A stretch of DNA of 64,000 nucleotides from Nageia nagi. Its lineage: Eukaryota > Plantae > Pinophyta. The notes beneath the pieces are model-generated. The model did no database searches and was not told the DNA's origin. It worked only from the letters and a program-made list of their open reading frames with translations. Below are positions 1 through 12,722 of this stretch, in pieces (the stretch's first letter is position 1; each line of letters opens with the position of its first letter). Made by a program: the position numbers and the translations under genes. Location of the stretch: assembly GCA_050084985.1 (NCBI GenBank), contig JBITNC010000001.1:29264001-29328000 (forward strand), in the 5' to 3' direction.

Positions 1-485
1 AAATAATGCAATTGTCACAATTTCAATAATAGACAAGCAGTAGGTAGTAAAAAGGCATCTATGTACCATTATAAACCATGTGCCCTTGAATGCACATGTA
101 ATTCAAAGAAATGGATGTCACTAGCGACATAAAAATATCATTATTTTAAAAAAAAAAAGAAATAATAAGCATTTAAAATAATTTAATGCCCATTAAACAT
201 ACAAAATAATGAGTAGGGGCACTTGCAAGGGAAGAGGACAATGCCCTAGGATTTCAGTTGGAATTTAGAAATTACATAATAAAATTTTGAATTTGAAAAG
301 TTCATTTTAAATTTTAAGCTTTTTCAACTTGGTTCTCTAACCTCCTTCCTACCTGGCAAAGCCCTACTAGTGAGTTGATCCATTTTCCAACCTTTTGTGA
401 TCAGCTCTGGGCATGTTTGATTGGGTGGACATCATTCTCTTACCTCTCATAATGTTTATTCCCTAGTTGCATATCTTTATGTTTC

Positions 486-2506
486 ATGATGGTGGATGAG
501 GCATGGAGGACATTTGGACATCCCATTACTGGCCAGAGGGGCCATATGGCAAATTATCTTTGCTCTCTTCCATATGACCATGTTGTAAGTAGGTTTTCTT
601 ACATTTTCATTTGATAAATTCATGTTTTATTTTTTTTAATATTATGAATTCAATATTTTAATTTAACAAAGTGTATTATTAATTAATTTATCTTTTATTC
701 CCTTGCAAGAATGTAAGGTTCTCATCTGGGGAGGATCGATGACTATAACTGCCTTAGAGAAGGTGAGGGGTTGGCCTAGAATAACCACATATATGACATC
801 CTAATTAGGTGTAGGCTAGTAGATCTATTCATTATTGGGCATGTGTAGCAATACTTGTCACTATTGATAGCATTGGTTGAGAGATGGGACCCAGATTGCT
901 ACTCATTTCACTTGCCCCTAGGTGAAATGACCATTACCTTGCTTGATATTTATTGGATATGGGGGATTCCCATCAAGGGAAGCCTTATACATTAGAGGGA
1001 GCTTTTGGATAACAATATCTAAGACCAAGAGGCTCTTTGGGTCATAGGAGAGTCAAATCATGATTGGGAGCACCAACCAGCCAGGTTGATAGAGGTGTGT
1101 TAGTTTGTCCCAGCAAGGTAGCATTTGCAGCTATACGTGATAACCATCATAGCTACATGTGTTCAAATAAGAGTAGCTTGGCCTTTCCACTCATATTAGT
1201 TTGGGTGGTGCACCAGATTTATGAGAGGGGGGTAGTTTGCATAGGGAACACTAGTTCTTTCATAGTTGTACAAAGATTTGTACAACTTCATTAGCATTGA
1301 CAAGTTCAACATGATGATTACTCACATCGAAATCCTCCAAATTTGGGTGTATGGGCACATAGCCATCACAAGGCCTATGGTACTACAATATGCAAGGGAA
1401 GACCCAAGGGACATAGTCTTTGCGTGTTGTACCTCCATGGGTGGAGGATATAGGAACCCCACTCATTAGAGGCGAGGAGACAATAGCTAGATGAACTACA
1501 AGTCATGGACCTAATATGGGTGTGCTACTAAGACTTATTTTGGGATGCAAACTTGTAATAGCTAGCATAGGTTAGCCAAGAGTACTTCCTTTAAACATGC
1601 AAGAAGGTGGTGAAGCCTTACCACCCTCAATGCATGTTATGATAGTTTGGGATCCTATAGGGGATCCCACTAGTTCTTGTGTGTTATTGATAATATATGG
1701 CTAAGAGGGACATGCTTGTGGGGACAAACTTAATACCAACATGGAGGCTCATGTGGTAAGAGCTAAGGATATTGGATGAGGCTACCAATGTCTCCATGGC
1801 ACCTAAGGTTGCCTCAAGTTATGCAACATGGTGGATAGGAGTCTATCTCGATGATAATGGGATGGATGAGGATGATGATGAGGAGGGAGATGAAGCTACC
1901 AACGAGGGATCATTAAAGGATGACCCATTCCAGGTGAAAAACCCCGTCCATGACATTTCAATGTAGGAGGGATAGGCACTAAAAGCACCAAGTTTAGTCA
2001 TGTTAGCCATAATTGTGTCCCTAGTGACATTAGGTATTAGACAATACAATTTTCAAATTTTTACCCATGCAAACACAAATAATGAACTATGAATTGTGGT
2101 TTGGTATAGGAGATGCAAATATAAATATTGCTTCATTAGAAGCAAAGGTGACTAGGTTGAGGCCCATGGAGGCTGAGGTTACTACATTACATGCCACCTT
2201 ATTTGAGAGGGATGCATGGATTACTACTTTAGAGAAATCCATGAATAGTTTACAAAGAGACTAACTATGCTCCCTCCAGACCAACAATGGTCTTTTATTT
2301 AGGTTCAAATGGATCGAATAAAGGCTAAGGAAAAGGAAATCACTACTCTCAAGGTTAAATACACAAGAGTGAAGACCCTCCTTAAGAGCTACAGAGTGAC
2401 GGTGAGTGGTCTATCTAGAGACACCTCAAGGAAAATGGCTAGTGGAAGTAGTAGGAGAGTTAGGGATAGGATGGGAGATAATGGTGGCAACACTCCTCCT
2501 CAGTGA
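486..2506 (+). pseudogene. Plant mobile domain (PMD, MAIN/MAIL-like) gene relic, TE-associated, with stops and frameshifts
   Basis: ~856-984 translates LSLLIALVERWDPDCYSFHLPLGEMTITLLDIYWIWGIPIKG, the hallmark PMD motif. LQIWVYGHIAITRP follows at ~1335-1375, then an acidic tract (1860-1900) and coiled-coil-like ORFs (2067-2506). Candidate intron 585-709 (GTAAGT...TGCAAG). Confidence 0.8.
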
Positions 2507-2532
2507 GGGCTATGGTCATGGGACCTCCCCTA

Positions 2533-2567
<35 letters not shown>

Positions 2568-2568
2568 G

Positions 2569-2601
<33 letters not shown>
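2533..2601. repeat. Compound (TG)n(TA)n microsatellite
   Basis: Read directly from the sequence. Confidence 0.95.
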
Positions 2602-2604
<3 letters not shown>

Positions 2605-3199
2605 TCATTTTTTTACTCAATTCATGTGTTTGACATTTGCTTATGTGAATGTGAATGTATGTTATATTTGCAATTTTTTAATTTTGGTGTTTAAAATTTA
2701 ACAACAAAAATTTACTAAAAAAGGACACCATGCACTTAACAAACAAATTTGTAAAAACAATATTAACAAATCACAAATCATTAAACTCAATTATTTCACA
2801 AAATACCAATCTAGTTTAAAAAAGAGCAATTAATCTAGAAAGTAGACACCAAAATGGAGATAAGGACTTAATCAAATTTATATTGATTTTTCTTAATATA
2901 TGCCATGCAACACAATGAAGGACCAATCCAATGGACTCAAAATATAATTAATAACCATGAGAAAAATACTATCCATTTACATTTTATCCTAGGAAAAGCA
3001 CACCACTAGAGACGTGAAATAGACCTCCTATGTCGCTAGCAATATGAGCAGTCATCAAAGGTATGATGGAATGAAGGAACAGTGTAAGAAAACATTGTTA
3101 TGAGGTAGAAAAAGTAATTAAATTATGCAACAAAGTAGTAACAATTCATAATGGCTAGACAGATGCATAACCTAGATAATATACACTATAGGTACAATG

Positions 3200-5513
3200 T
3201 AAAATTTTAACCAATAACTTTGCATACTTGGGGGGTTTGTGAATCCCAAATACATTTAATATATATAAGAACAAAAAGAGGCACCTTGGTTTTACATTTT
3301 GCATACCGTTAGCACCATAGGAACAATGATACACACCTTTGGTTGCATTAATTTTTTTTCCATTTTTAGTTTTGTTTTAGCTATAATGCCTAGATCTACT
3401 TTTGTGAGTAAAATAATAGTATAACTCATTGGAAGTACTTACTATGACAATGCAACCTCTTGGTTGTGAAGGAGGTAGGGGATTAGTGAACACCCCTAAT
3501 TACCCATTATCAAGATGTAGGGGCCCAAGTTTTATAGTAGCCTCATCATCCATCTTAATAGTCTTTTTATCAATGAAACCATGTATGATATGTCTTAAAG
3601 TCTTACAATTGCATGTTAGGTATCCAAGAACCCTATGATAATTGTAAAATTCCTCATATCAAAATTTTTAGGTACACCATTAGGAAATTTAGGCTCAATA
3701 ATAGGAGGAAGTTTAATAAGATCTTCTTTTAACAAAAAATTAAGAATATTATCAATAGTATCATTAAGAAATTTACTTCAATTCATTTTATTACATTGTT
3801 CCTTCATTATTGTAGTGTGAGCAATCATGAAAGGCATGATGAAATGAATGAACAATATCATTATGAAATTTAGGTTCAACAATAGGAGGAAGTTCAATAA
3901 GATCTTCTGTTAACAAAACATTAAGAATATTATCTTATAAGCTTCATTAAGAAGTTTACAAAATTATTCTTTTAATTTATCATCAAGGTTATCGTCTTAT
4001 GCAATATCCTTACCTATAATAGACTTACCTCTTTTGAAGTGATCAAGTTTTAGGATGAGGTACTCATAATCTTCATTGGAATCCTTCATTACACTACCAT
4101 CTATAATTTCATTGCATGGAGGCTATGTAGGTATTTCATGAGGGACATTTGTCTTAGCCTCATGTACACCATCAACATCGTATTCATAGGAAGGTATGCC
4201 ACTAGTGGTGTTTGTATACATGGTATGAAGTCTCTATCATGCAGATCATGCATTTTCATATGAAAACAAACTATCCTATGATTCTGATTTTGTAAAGGTT
4301 TCCTTTAAGAGATCATAATACATTAGAATATTAATAACAATTTTAGCATTAAAAGTAAGAAAATATTCTAACCTTTGTCTATTAGATAACACTTCCTGTA
4401 TACATCAAGCATGGTTAGGAGTTCTAACTCGAGAAATTCACCATTACTTTCATCAAAATGGCTATTTAATCTTATAATTTTAAATCCAAATTGATGAATA
4501 TTAGTACCAAATTTAATAGGAGTTTCACCAATAATATCCATTTTCTTGCTAGAGCTTGTAGACTTAGGATAGCTAGGAGCATCAGGATGAGGTTCTTATA
4601 GAGGTAGATTAGGATTATGTCTAATACTTTTTTAGACATCATTAAAATGAACCCTCCCTTTAGATACCTTAGGGTTTTCTACATTTTTTCAATATAGGTA
4701 GAACAAACCCTAGTTTTATCATTTTCTCTAGCGATTATCTAGAGTGCTTCAAGTAAAGGAATGAATAACAGCAAGAATGGATTCATGACTTTTCAAAAGG
4801 ATGCCCTAGGTTAGGACCTAGGTGTCTAAGAATGTTGGGTTCACCAAAATATAGACCCAAATTTATGCAAATATTAAATAAATACACAAATAAATAAATT
4901 TGGTCTATGAATACAATGAATAATAGCTCTATATCAAATTATAAGAAATATACATGAAACATTATAGAGTGAGACCTATAGCTAGTTTGTGTACAATCCT
5001 CAGAGGGGAATACTAATGAATATTCAAAGGATTATGATCAAATTTATGATGATCTCTTAACAAATTTTTGCTATAATGGTTGCAAGAGTCATTCTCTAAA
5101 ATCTAAACCTCTCAATCATGAATGTGCATGCCATTGACTGCATAGAAGCAGTACATCATTAACAATGTAGGATTGACAATTGTTGTGTGCAAGAGAGAGA
5201 TAATAAAGCTCAGAGAGTTAACAAGTTCTCAAAGATAGGTGGCATCAAGAGACACCAGTGGTACAATGTTTGGGATAACCTACAAGGAAATAGAAAGGGG
5301 TGAGGTTGAAATATAGCAATAACAATAATCATTTCAATATTCAAGATAACTTTAAAATATGAACCATGGTATATGATATTACATTGGCCTTAGCACATGG
5401 TATTGCAATATAATAGCATTTTATCTTGATTCAAACATTATTGCCTTTTAATCATTTTAATGTGCTAAATATGATTTATGAAATAAATAATAAATCATTT
5501 TTAGGCATCTACA
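3200..5513 (-). mobile_element. Decayed Tat/Ogre-like Ty3/gypsy 5' portion: LTR ~4850-5513, PBS 4834-4846, gag remnant
   Basis: The minus-strand LTR begins TGTAGATGCCTAAAAATGATTTATTA, resembling the 6126/13031 LTRs. PBS TGGTGAACCCAAC follows the LTR end. Minus-strand ~3700-3550 reads IEPKFPNGVPKNFD..YNYHRVLGYLTCNCKTLRHIIHGFIDKKTI, like the CxYH..GH.T..C..LK..IQ.LID motif of Tat/Ogre gag. No pol seen; the left boundary is approximate. Confidence 0.65.
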
Positions 5514-5906
5514 ATACAAAGCACACTTAGGAGGTAATTGATTTGGAAATAGAACTTGGAAAGTGCTATCAAGTTATTGATGGTACTCAAGCAATAAATG
5601 GATGCACTGTAATAGATTTATTCATCACTAAAATTGACCAATAAATAATAATTTGATTAGCACAAAGGTAGTAAATCCCTAGAAAATATCCCCTTTTCCT
5701 GATTACACCTCTTTCCATTAAACTAAAATAATTATTTGACTGATCACCAATCTCTCAACTAGGAAAAGGTAAAACAAAGTAATCGATGTAGATGTAGTAG
5801 GAGAGAATTTAATCATCTTGTGGTTCTAACTAAAGAATAAAGGGATACAAAAGGAAATTTTACAAGTTTTTTATGAATATAAAATAATTTAATAATTAAT
5901 GGAACC

Positions 5907-5910
<4 letters not shown>

Positions 5911-5954
<44 letters not shown>
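5911..5954. repeat. (TA)n microsatellite
   Basis: Read directly. Confidence 0.95.
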
Positions 5955-5961
<7 letters not shown>

Positions 5962-6962
5962 TTGAAGAGGATAACTAATTAGAAGGATGAAATGATTTAT
6001 GTAAGTAAGAAAAGTTCATAACATCACTAAGATACTATTTTTTCATAAATATGAAATGATGAAATAATAAAAATCAAGAAGAATCTTTAAAGTTAACCAA
6101 GGAAATGATTCATTAAAATGAGAAGCGTAGATGATTAAAAATGACTTATTATTTATTAATAAATAATATTTTAAATTATCTACACTATATATTATTTAAA
6201 TAATGCAAATATATATAATATCAAGGTTAATGTGCTAATTAAATGCTAAACATATGCTAATCAATGCTAATATCTCTTAATCATATTTATATCTAGAATC
6301 ATCTTATGAATATAATTAATATTGCATGTTATTCTATAATTCTATTAAAATGATTATTATTATTCTAAATTCGTCCCTCGCTCTCTCTTTTATCCTTGCA
6401 GGTATAAAAGGAGGTGCATAATACAATAACCCCTATCAATTCTATCTAATAGCTGGTTGTCCATACATCAGCTACTACATTTATAGTGTCTCTAGATGCC
6501 AACTATATGAGAATCTTTTATGCTTTGAGATTTTATTACATACTATACTTTGCATGCAATTTAGTTCTATAGGTTTTATAACATCCATGTTGTAGAGTTC
6601 GTATGCTACCCACAGTGTGCATCTTCGTGATCCAGAGCTATAGATAAAGGAGGTGATGAATGCTAGTCTTCATGATTCATTATCATTTGCATGCTCACCT
6701 CTAATCCAATCTAGTCCTTTGTATATATTTTCCATACCTTGAGGATTACCTTATCATAACTAGGTGCATAATTTTAATTTATATATCTATATATTTGAAT
6801 AAGTTTCATATTTATGGATTTATTTTGTGTTTATATTATTATTTACATAATTAATTATCTACATTTCTAGTGAACCTCGATTGATTGTACAAACCCTAGA
6901 ATTTTTATTTTAGGGCATCACTTTTTCTGAGGAGTATTATATTAGAAACCCTAGGTTTTATT

Positions 6963-9463
6963 TGTTGATGAGGACATCTTCCTCTCCATCCTCCCTCTTC
7001 TATTATGAGATGGGTTTTTTCCCATTTGGTTTTTTCATCATCTTTCAATAGATTCTTTGCACATATTGTACATGAGTATCTAATCAGGCCTTATTACTAG
7101 GACTCATTTTTTATGGATGTCCCACTTTACCTCCTTGTTCACTTAAGGGGGGTGTTAGAGTATTAAGTTCACTTAGGAGTATTTTTATTGATCCTGATAC
7201 CCATGATATTTTCTTCCACACTTATGTTCAGTTTGATGAGCACCTTCCTAATTCTCCTTCTTCATCTCCTTCCTCAATCTTACTTGACTCCTATGACACA
7301 TCTTTTGAGATCTTTTATGCAGAGCATATTTCTAAGGTTGTTGCTCCCACACCAGCTATTGATCCTCCTACACCTACACCACCTATAGTTATTGTTATTC
7401 CTCCTATTAATGTTGCATCTTCTTCCACTACTAGTAGTTGCATGCCCAAATGGGATCGCTTTACACTTGAGGATGCAACAACCTTCATCAAGGATCTCCC
7501 TCCTTCTTATCACTATTCCACTGGTTCCAATCTTGTTGGTCAGGCATAGTCAGGTGATCCATAGCCTTTTTCATAGGCTCATGGTATATTGGAGTGGGAT
7601 GATGCCATTGCAGTTGAGTATTCTTCCTTGCTGAAGAATAATACTTGGGAGATTATTTCTCTTCCCCATGGGAGGAAGTTGGTTCAGTGTAAATGGGTGT
7701 ATCAAACCAAATATGTAGCTGATGGTTCCATCTATTCACCTTATACTTACTCTTGTTACTTCTCAAGGATGGTCAATTTTTTAGATGGATATGAAGAATG
7801 CCTTTTTGCATAATGAATGAGGAGATCTATATGGATCAGCTTGTTAGTTTTTTTCAAGATTCCTCACTTGTTTGTAGGCTTAGAAATTCTCTATATGGCC
7901 TCAAACAAGCTCCTCAAGTATGGCATGAGAAGATGGATTCTTTTCTCCTCTCCATTGATTTTGTACGATGTTCCTTTGACCATACAATATATATTTGTTG
8001 ACATGGAGCAAATACCACTATTTTGGTGTTATATGTTGGTGATCTTCTTCTCACTGACACCTCTCACTCTCACATTCAAATAGTTCAATAGGCTCTCTTT
8101 GAGAGATTTGAGATGGTAGATCTTGGACTTGCCCACTACTTTTTTAGTTTTTAGGTAACATAGATAGATTCAAGGATTTCCATTTCTTAGCATAAGTATG
8201 CCTTGGATCTTCTTCAATGATTTAGGATGGTATATTGAAATCCTTCTTCAACACCTTTTCAGAGTGGGGTGACTTTGACTTCCACTTGCATTTCACCAAT
8301 ATGTGATGTTACTCTGTATTGCTAGTTGGTTGGGAGTCTTCTATATGTCACCCATACTTGATTGGATATTTCATATGTTGTTGGGCTTATTTCTTAGTTT
8401 GAATAGACCCCTCATGAGTCTCATTGGTAAGTAGCTACAAGGATTCTTCAATATGTGAGGGGCACTACCCACTTCGGTCTATATTACATGAGAGGTGATC
8501 CAGTGTTGAGTGGATATACAAATTCTGATTAGGCTAGTTCTTCTAATGATCATCATTCCACTTTTGGTTATGTATTTTATCTTAGTACTTTCCCCATCAC
8601 TTGGTTTTGTAATAAGTAATAGATTATTGCACTACCATTGATTGAGGTAGAGTATAGAGTACTTATTTATGCGAGTTAGAAGGCACTTTGGCTTTGGTAG
8701 TTATTGGAGGAGTTTGAATACCCCTAGTATCAGACCACTATTCTTTGGTGTGACAATCAAAGTGTAATTCACATTTTGCATAATATTGTTGAGTATCAGC
8801 ACACCAAACACATTAAAGTCCATATGGACTTCATCTGTCAACATATTCAGGATCACATTCTCAACTTGGAGTACATTTCTATAGAGCAATAGATTGCAAA
8901 TATCTTCACTAAATCCTTTACATCATCTTATTTCCTTGAGTTGCATGGCTTGCTTAGGGTGAATGAAGTTGTCCTTGGGGGGTGTTGATGAGGACATCTT
9001 CCTCTCCATCCTCCCTCTTCTATTATGAGATGGTTTTTTCCCCATGTGGTTTTTTTCATCATCTTTCAATAAATTCTTTGCACATATTGTACGTGAGTAC
9101 CTGATCAAGCCTTATTACTAGTACTCATTTTTTTGGATGTGCCACTTTACCTCCTTGTTCACTTAAGGGGGGGTGTTATAGTATTAAGTTTACTTAGGAG
9201 TATTTTTATTTATTTCCTAGGTTTTCTATTCTCTAGCTAGTTTGTTGTGGTGATAACCACTTTCTTATCATTTTGTGCATTTTACCTTCACGCATGGTTG
9301 GCATCCTATTGTACATTAGTTTGTACTTACCCTATTTATTTAGGCTTCATTTTCATTCTGTATTGAATTTAGTTTCATGAGGATTTCAGCTTCTCTCTTA
9401 TTCTTGTGATGTTCTTGCAATTTCCTTTCTGTGTGTGATTTTCTCTCCTTGCAAATCTTCACA
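6963..9463 (+). mobile_element. Internally deleted Ty1/copia element nested in the LARD (truncated 5' LTR 6963-~7190, RT/RNase H ~7560-8960, 3' LTR 8983-9463)
   Basis: Copia RT motifs EYSSLLKNNTWEII..CKWVY, EEIYMDQ, SLYGLKQAPQVW and LYVGDLL (YVDD site), plus RNase H TKHIKVH. A ~225-bp block is shared by 6963 and 8983. TG...CA ends with flanks TTATT/TTGTT (TSD 4/5). Confidence 0.88.
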
Positions 9464-12423
9464 TTGTTTTCTTTTTGGTTGAATTAATTTTCCCCACATT
9501 TCAAAAAATTTATTACTTTAAAAAAAAAATATTTTCTTGAAAAATGTCACTATAGAAAGACCTAGATTTTGGAGGTCATTTTCTTCAATTTGGTGAGATC
9601 TAGCATTAGAAATTTTTTTCTAAATCATAGACAAATATAATTGAATTTATTTTTCCTAGGTCTAGATTTGCATATTTTGATCATTTTTAGAAATTGTTTT
9701 GTAGTAAATGTCACATTGAAAAATCATAAATTTTGAAAATATTTTGCAACTATTTAGTGATTTTTTTCATGATAAAAACTTGCTAAAACCATATGTCATC
9801 ATAGTAGCTTTTTGGGATTATTTTGGATTTATTGAATGTATTTTTATCAATATTCCTAAATATTTTTAAATAAAATATTTTTACATAAAAAAATGAATTT
9901 TGAAAGTTTTTTTCTTGAATTTTGAATGTTCTAGCATCATAAAACTTGTTCCACATCATAGATATACATGCTAGCATTTTGTTTTAATTTTCCATGATCT
10001 AGAATTGCTTATTTTGTCATATTTCTTAAAGTTTTGTGCAAAACACTAAATCTTGCATTTTAGCATGGATACTACAACTACAAGTGGTTTTCTTGAATAT
10101 TTGAATATAATAAGTGATTTATTTGCACTTTATCCTAAACAAGAAATTCCTAAGGATATGGATGTTGTGTAAAGTAGCAATAGAAACAATCTTATGATGA
10201 CATTCATTTATCTAATTCATGCTTAACTAGTGCAAATGATGATGATGTACAAAATAATGTACATCAATCATAAAAAAATCAAAAAAATGATAATGATAAT
10301 GATAGTGATGATGATTTTACTACTGATATAGATTTTGAGCCATATATAAATGATGCTATGGATAAATATGAAGTGTATGATATTGCATTTGAAAATTTGT
10401 CATCTAAAGATCAACTCAAAAAAATTAAAGAGCATATGTTAACCAATTCTTCTTTGATGTTAGGCATTTATACTGATCTTGAATTAAAAGAAAAACATCA
10501 TGCATTTCTAAGGAAAGAACTTGATTCATTATTTGAAGAGACATATGCAAGGAAATATTGCATACAAAAATTTGAGAAATATGAAATACAAAACCCTCAA
10601 CCTAAATTGCAACTTAAACGTCAACCTAAACCACAACCTCAACCTCAAATTCAAACTCAACATCAACAATCAAAATCAAAATAATATTGGTGAAAAGTAA
10701 TATCTTAGGAAACCTCAAAACCACAAGATGCCCATGCCATAGAAAAACCTAAACAAGGTGCCCACATTGTAAAATTTGATCCACCATTGAAAGTAGAAAA
10801 AGAAATGTCTGATCAATAGAGCATAATAAAAATGTTAATCTAATTAGATCCAATTGAGATTTGATTACTAGAATGTAAAATGCAAAAATATTAGCCTTTT
10901 GAAAAGTATCAATATAATATTTAACTCCTTGATATGTTTTTGCAAATAAGAACATTCAACATATATAATCCATTAATGCAACTTCAAAGTATTGATATTC
11001 TTGAGAGAGTAGCAACTCAAGGCAAAGAAAATGTAATGGACAATCTAAACAAAGAAATACAATTTCCTATGGGAAATTATGCTAATAATGGTGGTGGTTT
11101 CACCACCCTCTAATGTATTATAATTTCAAGTTTTGCATATCATATATGATGCATTTCATATAGGTTGCATATCATAATTCAATCCCTTGCATGCATTTGG
11201 TTATCATGGCAAATTTTATCAAAATTTTAATCATGTTATCTTAACTTCTTCATCTTTTAATCATGTTCTATTGCTTCTTATTTTCTTTTTACATCTTTTC
11301 ATCCTCATCATATCATCAAGTATTCTTCTTTCATCAAATGTTTTTTTGTCTCTATCTCTCATCAAGATTCTCAAATTTGCCATGATAATCAAATATCTCA
11401 TGTAGTCTGGTGTCTAGTTATTACATCCCATATTAGTTACATTTCAAGAAAAATATCAATAAATAAATAAGCAAAATTAGAATTAAATGGATATAATCTT
11501 AGCTGGGGTAGTACTAGTTTTAACTACAAGTAGTTTTCAATTTTAGTTGGGGATAGTTTTTAGTTTAAGCTAGGGGCATAAACTCAGTTTTGAATATAAA
11601 ATAGTTCAAAATTGCTCATCCCAAGGGCATGAAGGTAAGTACATGTAAAGCATATCATCTCAAATTTCATTATATTTATGATATTTATATCATGTTATGT
11701 TATGGTAAGTTATGATTATTATCATCATGTTATGTTTATCATGTAGAAGATCAATTTGGATAATTATTTGAAAATCAAAGCAACCATGACGTGCAAATAC
11801 TATCTTCAAGGCATTAGTGTCATAAATTCTTTATGATATTCATTGCAAAATCTATTGTAATTGATGAATTAAGACCACTATTTATTTGAATATTTGGTAT
11901 GAAATGTAAACATTATATATGTTATTCTTATGACTGCTTTTTCAAACTGAATGCATGTTTTACTAACAAAATCTAAAAATTCAAGGCCATTGTATCTCTA
12001 AAAATATGTTATAAGAAGGAAACAATACATATGTTTATCTCATGATTACTTTTTGTAAGAATGCATGTTGTACTAATGATATTCCAAGGTTCTAAGCCAT
12101 AGTAACCCCATGAGCACAATTTCATAAATTGCCAGTCAATGTGATCACAACATATAGCTTGGGGAATATAGTTACCTCAAAAACTTGATCTTCATAAACT
12201 ATGAGTTGCAACAATCATAGCCTAATAATTTTTAATATTTTACTTATGATGTCTTCAAAAAACCATGAGTACAAATATCAAAATGATCGAAAATGAAGGT
12301 GACATCTCCTGAATAACTGATGGAGCCATCTTAATCCTAAGTGCTCAAGAAAAAGAGCATCCTCTAATTCTTTTTGGGTAAAAAGCACCCATCTACTTGG
12401 GAATAGAAGAAAAATTTTAATTC

Positions 12424-12722
12424 ATGTTATGTTGTGTTTTGTTATGTTATGATATATCATATTTTATCATTTTTTTTATGTCATGTTATGTTGTGTTATG
12501 TTATGTTATGTCATATTTTGCTATGTTATGTTATATCATATTTTGTTATGTTATGTTGTGTTATATTATCTCATGTTTTGCTATGTTATGTTATGTCATG
12601 TTTTTTTATGTTATGTTATTCATGTTTTGTTATATTATGTTATGTTATAGTATGTTATGGCATGTTTTCTTATCTTATGTATTATTATGTTATATCATGT
12701 TATAATTATTGTCATCATGTTA
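12424..12722. repeat. Degenerate (TGTTA)n pentanucleotide array inside the LARD
   Basis: Repeated TGTTA/TATCA units; a smaller patch lies at ~11670-11740. Confidence 0.9.

Noticed and set aside
2406-2694. ORFs with CVCV/IYIY runs
   Set aside because: Microsatellite translation
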